Shown here one piece after another: positions 25,465-38,544 of a DNA stretch of 64,000 nucleotides. The position numbers and the translations under genes are program-made. The notes under the pieces are model-generated. The model was not told where the DNA came from, searched no databases, and saw only the letters and a program-made list of their open reading frames with translations. Positions within the stretch are counted from its first letter, which is position 1. Every line of letters begins with the position of its first letter. This DNA is from Octopus vulgaris (taxonomy: Eukaryota), in the NCBI GenBank assembly GCA_951406725.2, contig OX597822.1, positions 76,632,001-76,696,000 of the forward strand, in the 5' to 3' direction.

Positions 25465-25775
25465 CTGCTTTGAAACCTTTGGTTTCTATACCCAGATCAT
25501 AAATTCACATTTATACTAACCAATAATAATTGGTACGTTTGGTTTTGGTGATAAATGCCTAAGTAACAATTAGGAAAAGCTTGGATTTTCAGAAAAAAGA
25601 AACCAATCAGTTGACACATACATTAGAAATACAATCTATAAGTGGAACAGTAAAAATATGTAAGACTTTTCTCGAGTTTGAAATGTGACATTGATTTTTA
25701 TCTAAATTTCAACGATGGAGCATTATATTTTTATTAGAAACTGGCGTCCTCTGTACAGGAAGACTTCAAATAATA
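25465..25775 (+). mobile_element. R4/Dong-like (RLE-clade) LINE 3' fragment, degraded
   Basis: Broken frame ...LYPDHKFTFI/PIIIGTFGF...QSISGTVKICKTFLEFEM*; paralogous to 38545-38945. Confidence 0.65.
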
Positions 25776-25776
25776 C

Positions 25777-26143
25777 AGCTGTGTGGTAAGAAGTTTGGGT
25801 ACCAACCACATGGTTCCTGGTTCAGTCCCACTGTGTGGTACCTTGGGCATGTGTTTTCTACTATAGTTTCAGGCTGATCAAAGCCTTGTGAGTGGATTTG
25901 GTAGATAGAAACTGAAAGAAGCCAGTTGAGTGTGTGTGTGTGAGTATGTGTGTGTGTCTTTATGTTTGTATTTGTGCCCACCACTGCCTAACAACTGGTG
26001 TTGGTGTGTTTATGTCCCCATAACTTAATGGTTTCGCAAAAGAGACTGACAGACTAATTACCAGGCTTAGAATGAAAATAAGCACTGTGGTCGATTCCTT
26101 CGGCCAAAATTCTTCAAAGCAGTGCTCCAGCATGGCCACAGTC
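25777..26143 (+). mobile_element. SINE family A
   Basis: Head, internal (TG)n and tail. Confidence 0.85.
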
Positions 26144-26293
26144 TTACACAAACTTACACAAAGTAAATGAATACAAGATGGAAGATAACAGATACACATA
26201 CAAATTATTCTGTGTACAGCTTGCCATTAGGGTCACAATGTTTCTCACATCTTCTGACGATGTCACTCCTCTAGCAATGTCAAGCAGCATTAA

Positions 26294-26515
26294 AACTTTA
26301 GCATTTAAACTGTCCATATCCAGTGCAAATATTCCATTTTTTTAATGTTCAAACTGTCTGGATCAGGGCTCTTGCGCCTACCCTACAATGTCATTCTAAA
26401 AATAAGCAGTCATATCGTTGAAATCTCAAAGCAACGAGATAATGCAACGGTTAATTCAAAAACATTATGAATAGATAAGCTTTACATTTCGCAGAAAAAT
26501 CTGAATGTTAATGGG
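26294..26515. mobile_element. piggyBac-like MITE (degenerate), opposite orientation to 33698-33912
   Basis: TTAA...CTTTAGCAT / ATGTTAATGGG-TTA ends; internal similarity to the 33.7-kb copy. Confidence 0.55.
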
Positions 26516-26624
26516 TTATTCCTTGTAGGAAATTTCCATAATATTTCTTCACCTCCTTATATTCAGGCAACTACTATCTTAAACTGGCAACACCTGGATA
26601 CGAGTGCATTAACCATACAAATTT

Positions 26625-27005
26625 TTTTACTTGTTTCAGTCATTTGACTGTGGCCATGCTGGCACACAGCCTTCGGCCAAACAAATTGACTCTAGGATTT
26701 ATTCTTTGTAAGCCTAGTACTTATTCTGTCAGTCTCTTTTGCGGAACTGCTGATTTACAGGGACATAAATACACGAACATCAGTTGTCAAGTGATGGTGG
26801 GGGGACAAACACAAACACACAAATACATACATACATATGTATACAACGTGCTTCTTTCAGTTTCCATCTACCAAATCCACTCGCAAGGTTTTTGTCGGCC
26901 TGAAGCTATAGTAGAAGACACTTGCCCAAGGTGCCACACAGTGGGCCTGAACCTGAAATCACATGGTTGGTAAGCAAGCTTCATACCACACAGCCACACC
27001 TATGC
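26625..27005 (-). mobile_element. SINE family A
   Basis: Full-length inverted copy 0.5 kb from the + copy at 25777. Confidence 0.85.
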
Positions 27006-27604
27006 TTACATTTTTTTCTTTTTTGTGACTTTGTTTTGTTTTTAGGCAGAAGAGTAGCTGTGTGGTTAAGAAGCTTGCTTCCTAATCACAGGGTTTAAGG
27101 TTTAGTTCCACTACATGGTTCCTTGGCCAAATGTCTTTTGTGAGTGAATTGATTATGATATCAGGGACAATAAAAATCTGCAAGACCTTCTTAAGATTTT
27201 AAGGATGATGTACAAAGCAGGATGCTTTTTTTCTCAATATATCTACCAAATGGGTGGCTGGCCAGATTTTGTTCTAAATTGAAACGAGAAAGAAATGAAT
27301 GCACACACACATTACATGCCATCATACATAGATGCAATTATACATACACACACACAGACACTCAGATATACATGCCATCATACATAGATTCATAAATACA
27401 TACACACAGACATTCAAACATACATACTTACATGTATATACACTTACATACAGACGCATATATACATACATAGAAACGACCATATATACACACACATACA
27501 CATACATACATGCTATCATACATAGACTCAAAAATACACACACACACACACAGACATTCAGACATACATACATACACACTTGCATACACATACATACATA
27601 ATCA

Positions 27605-27640
<36 letters not shown>

Positions 27641-28205
27641 TACATATGTGCATACATGCACACACACACACATACATACATACATGCCATCATACATTCA
27701 TACATACATGCCATCATACATTCATACATACAGACACACATGCATGCATGCATACACATACGCATACATTCATACATATATATATAGCTACATACATAAA
27801 TACAGAGAGACAGACAGATGTTATTAAACCTGACTGCCAGTCAGACAAACATCTCGATTCATAGTTATCTACTCGGCATATATTCTTCTTCATCTTCTAC
27901 TACCAATAAAACTCCTTTACATTGGAATTGGTAAATTCCTCAATATATAGTTCTAGAACACATGAAGTAAATCCATCAAACAACATACCAACATCTTTTA
28001 TCTATCGTCAGAGATAGCGTACAGAAACAAGCATGTACCGAAATTGGAAGAAATCCTGATAAAAGTGTTTCTTCTGCTTCAAGAAACAGAAATAAATATA
28101 TTTTTCCTTTAGGTTCTATATCTCTTGAGGCTGACTTTTTCATTTCTTGTAGTTTATAACACACACATACACACATATATATATTGATATATGCATTTCT
28201 TTCTG

Positions 28206-28238
<33 letters not shown>

Positions 28239-28281
28239 GAACAATCACAAGCGCACATATATGCTTACACTTAAACACATA

Positions 28282-28320
<39 letters not shown>

Positions 28321-28393
28321 TTACATATATATATATATAGATGTATGTATATATATCAATATGTATGTGTATATGTATATATACATGTGTATA

Positions 28394-28434
<41 letters not shown>

Positions 28435-29004
28435 CAATATGTATGTATACATACATATATGTATATATATATGTATACATACATACATATGTATGTATGT
28501 ACACACACACGTATATGCACACACATAAATACACAGACATATATATATGTGAATATGTGTGTGTATACACATATGCATATGAATATATACATGTACATGT
28601 GTGTGTGTATGTGTGTATGTCTTGATTTGTTTTTCTTTTATGTGGCTCTTTTTTTTCATTCAGAAAAGAATCAGCTCAGATCTCTGCCAGCGTGTGTGTG
28701 TGTGTGTGTGTGACTGTCTGTCTGTCTGTGTCTGTGTGTGTATTATATTTGAATGCATATATATATTGAATGTGTTTGAAGAACTGTACATGTGTGGTGA
28801 TAGCCGTTTGTGTTTGATCTTGTGCACATATGTGGAGCTCTCTTTTGTCTACATAGAAATATATCTGTGAACTGAAACATAACCAGAGTAGTTAACAAAA
28901 AAAAAAAGTTTGTTTTGCAAGCATAGTGCCTGAGTTCAATACCACTACATGGCACCTTGTGAATCTGAGTTTCACCAAATCCTTTACCCAAGTTTTATGA
29001 GCAA

Positions 29005-29192
29005 CGCCAGATGCGGAAAGCCAGAGCCACCTGCACCAGTAGCACGGCCCCTACCCACTTCTGCCCCACCTGTGGGAGGGGCTTCCTTGCCCGGATTGGC
29101 CTCACCAGCCACTTCCGGTCTCATAGCGGCAGTTCCACCAGATTATGTCTGTGGTCATCTTCGAACCCAAAGGACGAACATTATTATTATTA
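29005..29192 (+). mobile_element. 5'-truncated RTE/BovB-type LINE 3' end with a C2H2 finger, (ATT)n tail and TSD
   Basis: RKARATCTSSTAPTHFCPTCGRGFLARIGLTSHFRSH; TSD TTATGAGCAA at 28995-29004 and 29193-29202. Confidence 0.85.
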
Positions 29193-29289
29193 TTATGAGC
29201 AAGTTTGAGTAAAAGTAAAGTGAGTGACCATTTTTTAGTTAAAGACTCCTTTGGTTTCTGTTTTATTTGGGTGGACCCTCATAACCTTT

Positions 29290-29712
29290 CCATCATCATC
29301 ATCATCATCATCATTGTCGTTTAACATCTGCTTTCCATGCTGGAATGGGTTGAATGGTTTGATTGGGGACTGGCAAGCCAGAAGACTGCACCAGGCTCCA
29401 GTCCAATCTGGCAAGGTTTCTACAGCTGGATGCCCTTCCTAATGCCAACCACTCTGAGGGTGTAGTGGGTGCTTTTTATGTGCCACCAACACAGGAGCCA
29501 GTCAGGTGGCACAGGCATCAGCCATGCTTGAATGGCACTTTTTACATGCCACCGGCACAGGAGCCAGTCAGGTGGCACTGGCAACGATCACGCTCGAATG
29601 GTGCTTTTTACATTCCACCAGCATGGGAGCCAATCAGGCGACACTTGAATGATCACACTCGAATGGTGTTTTTTACGTGCCACCAGCACAGGCCCAGTCA
29701 GGTGGCACTGGC
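29290..29712 (-). mobile_element. Family C element with about four internal tandem units
   Basis: Repeated TTTTA(C/T)(A/G)TGCCACC...GCCAGTCAGG units. Confidence 0.85.
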
Positions 29713-29809
29713 ATTTCACAAATCTTAGAATTTTATTAATGTTTTTAGGAATTATATAAAAATATTTTGTGTATCATGGAAATATAACCAGTTTATTCTC
29801 TTATTCTTT

Positions 29810-30212
29810 CTTGTATTCTTTTACTTTTTCTAGTCATTTGACTGTGGCCATACTGGAGTACCACCTTTTGTAGAACAAATCAACCCCAGGACTTTTTATT
29901 TGTTAGACTAGTACTTATTTTATCGGTCTCTTTTGCCGAGCCACTGAGTTACAGGGACATAAACACACCAGTATCGGTTGTCAAGCGATGGTGGGGAGAC
30001 AAACACAAACACACAAACACAAACATATATATATATATACGACAGGCTTCTTTCAGTTTCTCTCTACCAAATTCACTCACAAGCCTTTGATCGGCCTGAG
30101 GCTATAGTAGAAGATACTTGCTCATGGTGCCATGCAGTGGGACTGAACTCATGAACCCGGAACCATGTGGTTGGCATGTGGTTGGGAAGCAAGCTTCTTA
30201 CCACATAGCTGC
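29810..30212 (-). mobile_element. SINE family A
   Basis: Full length, with small internal duplications in the head. Confidence 0.85.
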
Positions 30213-30864
30213 TTATAAATTTTAGCAACATATTATATGGACCCCAAGGATCAGAGTGACCCCAGTTAAGAATTATTGAAACAGACTGAATTATCTGGAG
30301 GGTTACTTGTATATTAAATGACTTAGAAATTTACTCAATGTCCAGAGAATTCTCATCGTTTGTTGCATTTGTCTTCATCTTCATCCCTTTCTATCTGCCA
30401 CTCACCTTTCATACTCTCATGAACTTATCCCATTTACCATCTCAATCCTCTGAAGCACTTCTCTTGTATTCACTTTCTTGTTAACTTAAGGTCATGCCTC
30501 GGCACCTTTTTGCCAACCTCTTCTTTCCTTTTCCAGTTGAGATTGCTATGTATTTTCTCTACTCATCATCATCATCATTATCGTTTAATGACCATCTTCC
30601 ATTCTGGCCTGGGTTTTGCGGTTTGATAGGAGTTGGCAAAGCCAGGGGCCACACCAGGTTCCATTGTTTATTTTGGTTTGGCTTTTGCAACTGGATGCCC
30701 CTCCTAATGCTACCCACTTTACAGAGTGTACTGGGCGCTTTTCATATGAGACCAGCACCAGTGTGTTTTTTTACATGGCATCAATACAAACAGGAATAAA
30801 ACATTGATAGGAAAATGTCTGGCATTGCAGTTAGCTGACAGGCTGATTAAATTTTTTTCATTTG

Positions 30865-31308
30865 CAACAGAAGCAAATGTGTTAGTTCAAAATAGTAATC
30901 TGTGTATCATACTTGAAGCAGATACATCATTGAAAGCCCTATAAAGAAAGTATCTCTTATTGTGTTAAAAAGCACAGAAATGTATCAGTTCTAGAGAAAA
31001 TCATCTTGCAGCAGTGATGGCATTGCCATTTTACAATGTCAGCAGTGGCTGACTTTGTTTTAACATGTGGTTGTTGATGGATACTTGTTGTTGATGAAGC
31101 ACAAAGAAGCAGAAATACGTATTTAGCAATGCCATCATGGCTGCTGGGTGATTTTTGCTACTAATATATTTTTGCGATTTTTAACAGTATACATCTATAA
31201 GCAACACTTTCTTGATATGAATGCCATAGTTTATAAGGATTTTTGCAGTGTATTTGCTTCCAGTATGATACATAGATTGCTATTTCTAACTAATACTGGT
31301 TTCTGTCA
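30865..31308 (+). other. Long imperfect hairpin (fold-back), single copy in the window
   Basis: 30898-30927 pairs with 31248-31277 and 30997-31026 pairs with 31126-31155; pairing continues outward and between these helices. Confidence 0.75.
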
Positions 31309-31357
31309 CTAATAACAAATACACACACACACAAACATATATATGTATGTATGTAGC

Positions 31358-31780
31358 TGCTCCGAGTGTGATTGTTGCCAGAGCAGCTAACTGGCTTCCA
31401 TGCCAGTGGCATGTAAAAAGCACCATTGAAGTGTGATCGTTACCAGCATCGCCTTACTGGCACTTGTTCTGGTGGCACATGAAAAAACATTCAAGCAAGG
31501 TTGTTGCGAGAACCGCTGGATTGGCTCCTGCGCAGGTGGCACATAAAAAAAACACCATTTGAGTGTGGCCGTTGCTAGTACCGCCTGATTGGCCTCGTGC
31601 CGGTGGCACGTAAAAGCACCCACTACACTATCGGAGGGGTTGGCGTTAGGAAGGGCATCCAGCTGCAGAAACTCTGCCAGATCAGATTGGAGCCTGGTGC
31701 AACCATCTGGTTCGCCAGTCCTCAGTCAAATCATTCAACCCATGGAAAGCGAACTTTAAACGATGATGATGATGATGATG
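31358..31780 (+). mobile_element. Family C element with about four internal tandem units and (GAT)n tail
   Basis: Near-consensus core GGTTGGCGTTAGGAAGGGCATCCAGCTG. Confidence 0.85.
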
Positions 31781-32611
31781 AATATCTGTATGTATGCATG
31801 TATATATGTATGAATCTATCTATCTATGTTGTGCATATACGTGTTTAAAATACATATATATCATTCATTGTTATCTGCCATTTTCTTATCGGTTGAGAAT
31901 ATAGACGATATTCTCTATGGTTAAATATTACTAAACTAAAACTATCTATTGTACAGAAAATCATTCTATTATGTGTCCACAGAAATTCTGCTATCTACAT
32001 CATTCTCTGACTGCATTTCTTGGTTTTCTTGTGGAAATAGCTTTGGTGCTTTTGTCTGTGTCTCTCATAGAATAATTTTTACCGCTTTACTTATTATCAA
32101 GAAACTTGTATCGTTGCAGGAACTAAGTGACATATTGTTGAATTAGACTATTATTCAGTTTAGATTGTTAAATGTTTTGGCTATTATTAGTATTGCAAGG
32201 CAAGAATTCTTAGTCTCTATGCTTAATATATTGTTGGTGTATAATAGTAGTGAATGATATTTGGTGAACAGTATAATGAACATTGTTGATATAATATTTT
32301 GAAGCTAATGTAATATTTCAAGCTTGAAGTGTAATAATTCTTCAAACTTGTAACTGAAAGAGGAATTAAATGGGTTCTTTGTCAGTTTTGATTATGAGTT
32401 TCAGCACAGGTGTGGCTTTGTGGTAAGAAGGTTACTTCCCAACCACATTCTTCCAGGTTCAGGGTTCAGTCTCACAGCATGGTGCCTTGGGCAAGTGGTC
32501 TTCTACTATAGTGTGTAGCTAACCAAAGCCTTGTGAGTGGATTTGGTGGAAGAAAACTGAAAGAAGCCTGTTGTGCATGTGTGTGTGTCTCTCTATATAT
32601 ATATGTATATG

Positions 32612-32936
32612 CTGAGACCCCCTTTGGTCATGACTGACCATAGGATTGCACCTAGAAAGTTACCCTCCTGGCAAGGTTGTTTTATGGAAGAATAGCAGTC
32701 GCCCATGCATAATGGCCTCCCCTCTCCACTCCACCAGTGTTATCCAAGGGAAAGGCAAAGGCCGATATAGCTTGGCACCAGTGATGTCGCAGCTCATTTC
32801 AACAGCTGAGTGAACTGGAGGAACATTAAATAAAGTGTCTTGCTCAAGAACACAACTCTCTGCTTGGTCCGGGATTAGAACTCGCAGTCTCACAATCATA
32901 AGCTCGATGCTTTAACCACTGAGCCATGCGCCTTCA
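32612..32936 (-). mobile_element. SINE family E, full length
   Basis: Minus-strand head GGCGCATGGCTCAGTGGTTAAAGC...GAGTTCTAATCCC with A and B boxes; sits in the (TA)n of a family A copy. Confidence 0.85.
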
Positions 32937-33214
32937 TGTATATATATATAGTTGAGGTGTGTTCTGTTAAGAATGTATAAGAGTACAAATAGAGCTCGTT
33001 CACCCTTAGAATTCCCAAATAGCCAGTTGTATTCTTATGGTATGCTACCAAATCTAATCTGAGGCTGACAGAAGCCTAGTGAGTAGATTTGGCAAATGGA
33101 AAGTGGAAGAAGCTCATTGTATATACATACATATATATATATATTTGTGTGTGTGTACCCTTATCTTGATATCCTGTCATGGTTGTAAACAAGCCAACTC
33201 GTTTTACAAGTAAT

Positions 33215-33481
33215 CAGGGCTGTGGAGTCAGAAGCAGTTGAAGAGTAGCTGGAATCAAAGTCGGTACAACTATACTGACTCTGACTCACAGTAACTTTAT
33301 TCTTTAATATAAACCAGTTATAACCTATAGGCCTACTCAAAGTACAAGCGTATGCATATGCTTTATGAGATATGTAGACTACAATCACTTAATTACATAA
33401 AGAGGAGTCGGAGTCGGAGGTGCCAATAGTAGAAGAGTCAGAGTCATGGTCAAAGTTTTTTGTTTTGACTCCACAGTCCTG
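33215..33481. mobile_element. hAT-type MITE with 8-bp TSD and internal GAGTC repeats
   Basis: TIRs CAGGGCTGTGGAGTC / GACTCCACAGTCCTG; TSD CAAGTAAT (33207-33214) / CAAGTGAT (33482-33489). Confidence 0.8.
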
Positions 33482-33697
33482 CAAGTGATGTTGTTCTCTT
33501 CCAGTCTTTTGTAGAAAACATGTTTGGTCATAAAGAAACATTATCTTGCTTGAAAACGAGTGAGAGTTGGTGACAGGAAAGGCATCCAATTGGAGAAAAT
33601 CTGCATCAAGAAAATTCTGTCTGACCCATGCCAGCATGGAAAAGTGGAAATTGCTTGATGTTGATGATGAAGTCATCAACAAGGGACAAATCCTTAA

Positions 33698-33912
33698 CCC
33701 TTTAGCATTCAGATTATTCTGTCCAATGAAATGCTTATTTATTCACGTTGTTTCAAATTAATTATTTGCTAATTAGTAGTGCCAAGACTTGAATGATGTG
33801 ATTATTTTATTTTGAGTATGTGAGTAAGTTGTGAGAGGCTGGATCTGACCAGTTTGAACTTAAAACGTGTAAAATACTTTGGCCAATTGCAGTCAGTTTA
33901 GATGCTAAATGG
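33698..33912. mobile_element. piggyBac-like MITE
   Basis: TTAA-CCCTTTAGCAT ... ATGCTAAATGG-CTAA. Confidence 0.6.
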
Positions 33913-34037
33913 CTAAAAGACACCAGCATCTGCTCTATATCCATTCATTCTGTCTACTGTCTAATATTCTAGGCTTTGCACTACCAAACACTTTGATCAA
34001 TATTTATTGATAAGAGCAAAACATAAAAAAATTTAAA

Positions 34038-34455
34038 CAGGCACAGGCTTGGCTGTGTGGTAAGTAATCTGCTTCCCAATCGCATGGTTCTGGGTTCAGC
34101 CTCATAGTGTGGCACCTTGGACAAGTGTCTCGTATTATAGCCTTGGGCCAACCAAAGCCTTGTGTGTGAATTTGGTAGACAGAAACTGAAAGAAGCCCAT
34201 TGTGTGTATATCTACATGTGTGTGTGTGTTTTCTTTGTACATGCATGTGTGCATACTTTGTGTCTGCATTTGTATAACACCACCACTTGACAACCGGTGT
34301 TGGTATGTTTATGTCCCTACAACTTAATGATTTGGCAAAAGAGACAGAGAATAGGTACCACCCTTAAAAAAACTAAGTCAGTTCATTCGGCTGAAATTCT
34401 TGAAGGTGTTGCTCCAACATGGCCGCAGTCTAATGATACAAAAATTAAAAAGTAA
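34038..34455 (+). mobile_element. SINE family A, followed by a family B copy (-) at ~34490-34702
   Basis: Similarity to the in-window families. Confidence 0.85.
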
Positions 34456-35067
34456 AACAAAGATAACAAATCTTAATATATCAGTTTCACATTTTGGCAC
34501 AAAGCCAGCAGTTTCAGGGACAGGGGAAGGAGTAAGTCAATTACATCAACCCCAGTACAAAACTGGTACTTCATTTATCGTCCCTGAAAGGACGAAAGGC
34601 AAAGTCAACGTCACCGGAATCTGAACTCAGATGTAAAGATGGATGAAATGCCACTAAGAATTTCACTCCATGTGCTAACGATTTTTCTATTTCACCGCCT
34701 TAGAAAATCCTAATATATTAACAATTAAATTGAGGCTTAACCATACTATTTGTACCGAGATATTCCTATAATACAGTCCAAAGGAAAGATTATGGTTAGA
34801 TTCCAGTCTTTGACAACTATGTTGATAATTTAGGCAATTGATTCTCTTGCATATAATGTTCTCATTTGAAATTCTTATTTTGTCTCACACACACACATAC
34901 ACACACACACACACATTGGCCAAAAGTGATTGCTGTTTCCTAAAGGTTTATCAATATATCATTTCATGTTTTTGTTTGTTTCTTTTTCTTTTTCTAATTA
35001 CTGACAGAAATCAATCAACGATACAAATGTATGCTGTCCTATTTACAATTAATTCCAACAGAATAAA

Positions 35068-35164
35068 TTATATATATATTTATGTATATATGTATATATG
35101 TATATATGTATATATATATATGTATATATGTATATATATGTATATATATATATATGTATATATG

Positions 35165-35196
<32 letters not shown>

Positions 35197-35306
35197 TGTA
35201 TATATATGTATATATATATGTATGTATATATATGTATATATATATATATATATGTATGTATATATATATGTATGTATATATATGTATATATATATATGTA
35301 TGTATA

Positions 35307-35353
<47 letters not shown>

Positions 35354-35464
35354 GTATGTATATATATATGTGTGTATATATATGTATATATATATATACA
35401 TATATATATATATGCGTGTGTGTGTATTTATACATATATATACACATGCACACACACATATATA

Positions 35465-35499
<35 letters not shown>

Positions 35500-35525
35500 G
35501 TGTGTGTCTGTGTGTATATGTGTGT
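35068..35525. repeat. (TA)n/(TATG)n microsatellite, ~450 bp
   Basis: Seen directly. Confidence 0.95.
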
Positions 35526-35741
35526 GAGTATTATTTTACTCTTTTCAGTCATTTGACTGTAGCCATGCTGGAGCACCTTCAACACCAGGACTTATTCTTT
35601 GTAAGCCTAGTACTTATTCTGTTGGTCGCTTTTGCTGAACTGCTAAGCTATGGGTACATAAACACACCAACATCAGTTGTCAAGCTATGGTAGGGGCGAC
35701 AAATTCAGACACTCAAACATATACACACACACACACACATA

Positions 35742-35786
<45 letters not shown>

Positions 35787-36379
35787 CACACACTCATACA
35801 TGCATGCACACAGTTATAAATACATGTACACACACGTACACAAATACAAGTACACACGCACACATACACAAAGTAAAGTAAGTTACTCCCCACACACACA
35901 ACCCCTATGCATACACACATACACACAAGAATGCACACATACATACACACACACACACTACAAACCATTCCAAACTTCCCAAAACTGTTAACTTCTCTTA
36001 AACATTTATTTGGCATCAAAATTTCCATTGCTTCAACTGTGTTCTGGTCATTGACAGAAGGGTTCCAGTTCAAAATGTGTTTGAGACAAGGCTGTGGGCC
36101 ATTATAAATGGGGTCCAGTAATTCAAAGCTCAATTTTTGCATCTACATACCTCAGTCATTCTGGTCGTTTTTCACCTGTTACCTGGAGTTGGTTGGTTAA
36201 CTTAGCATTTGGTGATTGTAATTCATTTAGCGTTTTTTTTTCCCTTCCTTCTCTCAATGGGAGGATTCTTTAGCCTTGTAAATTCCTGCAAGTCAGGAAT
36301 TAATGGTGCTAAAGAAGAAAATCTATCAGTCCAAGACCAATGGAACAAAGGCAATGGGGAGAAAGGTAGACACAAGAAG

Positions 36380-36810
36380 ATAGTAGTAGTGTTGTTGTTG
36401 TTGGTGGTGGTGGTGGTAGCACGTAGTAGTAACTATGGAAGTATTAGTAACTCCTACGGCTGCTGCTACTACTACTACTACTACTATTACCACTGCTCCC
36501 AGTGCTGCTGTTGATGCTACTGCTATCACCCCACCACCACCACTACTACTACTGCTACTACTACTACTATTACTACTACTGCTACTGCTACCACCACCAC
36601 TATTACTACTACCACCACCAACACCATCACCACTACTACTACTTGCTACTACATACCACCACCACCACTACCACAACTATTACTACTACTACTACTATTA
36701 CCACTATTTCTACCACTACTACAACCACCACTACTACTACCACAACTATTACTACTTCTACTACTACTATTGCTACCACCACCATCTCCACCACTACCAC
36801 CTCCACCCCA
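36380..36810. repeat. (ACT/ACC)n trinucleotide mosaic
   Basis: Seen directly. Confidence 0.9.
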
Positions 36811-37579
36811 GAGAGTTACTTCTGCCAATACACTGTCCTCTGCTCTCCACACGTACACAGACAGGCCTACACACCATACACAGACAAATACACGTATGAA
36901 CAAAAGTACAAGAAGACAAATTACTAAGTGTATAACAATTAAAAAGAATTAATTAAAACCGTTATGTCGATGACGAACGGTTTTATTGTTGGAGCTAGGC
37001 TGGTAAAGATGTCTGATTCGTGATCAAATCAATTCAAATTAATATATTTGATACTTTAAGGCACAAAATTTCCCAATTTTAATTTGATGGAAATTTTGAC
37101 AATTCAGAATGGTTAACCTATTGATATCTGACAAGCATTTGGTGGAGATTTAGATATGAACATGAAGCAGAACATTAATTATTATTTAACCGGAGTGAAG
37201 CACAGTAAATGGCTGTGAACAGTAGGTAGACTTGGTACAGTGCCAAGCCAAGTTCTTTGCTGTATTTTGTCATGTCTCTTTGTAATCTGTGTTCAGATTC
37301 TTCAGCTGTCTTTACATCCTGAATTCTATATCTTTTGAGGGTGAATTTGCCTTTCGTCCTTTCAGAGTTGATGAAATAAGCATCTCCATCCCTTGAAATT
37401 GCTGGCCTTGTGCCAGAATTTGAAGTCAGTTTGTGTTCAAGTTCTTCTTGGATCAAAATTGATTTTTGCTTTCCAGGGATACTAAACTAAATGTGAATCT
37501 GATCTCAGAAGATGGGGCTGGCTTTCACCAAAATAGCCTACGTACAATTCCCAACCCAGGAAATAATTCTTTGTAGATG

Positions 37580-37755
37580 CAGGAATTTACATTATTTGCA
37601 TTTGACGGATTTTTGTCCTCATCTTGTTTGTCGTTAACACAAAGTTTCAATTGATATACCCTCCAGCCTTCATCAAGTGTCTTGGGGAAATTTCGAACCT
37701 GGGTTCTCATTCCTAAGGTATTCCAAGTAGTGACTGAATAATAATAATAATAATA

Positions 37756-37812
<57 letters not shown>

Positions 37813-38024
37813 GTAATAATAATAATAACAACAACAACAACAACATCGAAAAATACCTTAGGATGAGAACCCAGGTTCGAAATTTCCCCAAGACACCTGA
37901 TGAAGGCTGGAGGGCATGTCAGCCGGAACGTTGTGTTAACAACAAACAAGATGAGGACAAATATTTGTCAAATGTAAATAATGTAAATAATGTACATAAT
38001 TCCTCATCTCTTAAATATAGAACT
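37580..38024 (+). mobile_element. Family H: hammerhead-bearing element with an inverted 5' partial copy
   Basis: Inverted tail at 37580-37720, head remnant TTCCAAGTAGTGACTGAATAAT, (AAT)n, then the forward tail at 37845-38024 containing GACAC-CTGATGA-AGGCTG...CAGCC-GGAA-CGTT-GTGT. Confidence 0.75.
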
Positions 38025-38544
38025 GGATGCAGGAATGGTTGTGTGGTTCAGAAATGCACTTCCTAATCATATGTATGAGGTTCAGTTCTACTGTAAAGCA
38101 TCTTGAGAATACATCTTCTACTTCAGCCCTTTAAGGGACCAAAACTTTGTGAATGGATTTGTTAGAGGGAAACTGAAAGCAGCACATTGTGTGTGTGTGT
38201 GTGCGTGTGTGTGGGCGTGTGTGTGTGTGTGTGTGTGCGTGTGTGTGTGCATGTATGTGTGTGTGTGTATTGGATTGCAAAGTTTATGACCTGAAAAGGC
38301 TATAGGAACAGCCCCATCCTCTAGAAACCAGCCATTAAATTGATTTAACAAATCTGTAGTGGCTCAGTTATCTATTTAAGTAGTTGCTTGTATGTTTATG
38401 TGTGTATACACAGAACAGATACTGTATATGCATAGTTACATAACAGTAGATATACCTTTACACATTCATAAAGATTCAACCACATGTACATACATACATA
38501 CATACATACATACATACATACATACATACATACATACATACATG

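Noticed and set aside
36955-37000. Small hairpin AAAACCGTT...AACGGTTTT followed by CTAG, like a Helitron 3' end
   Set aside because: CTAG is not followed by T, and no 5' end or second copy was found.
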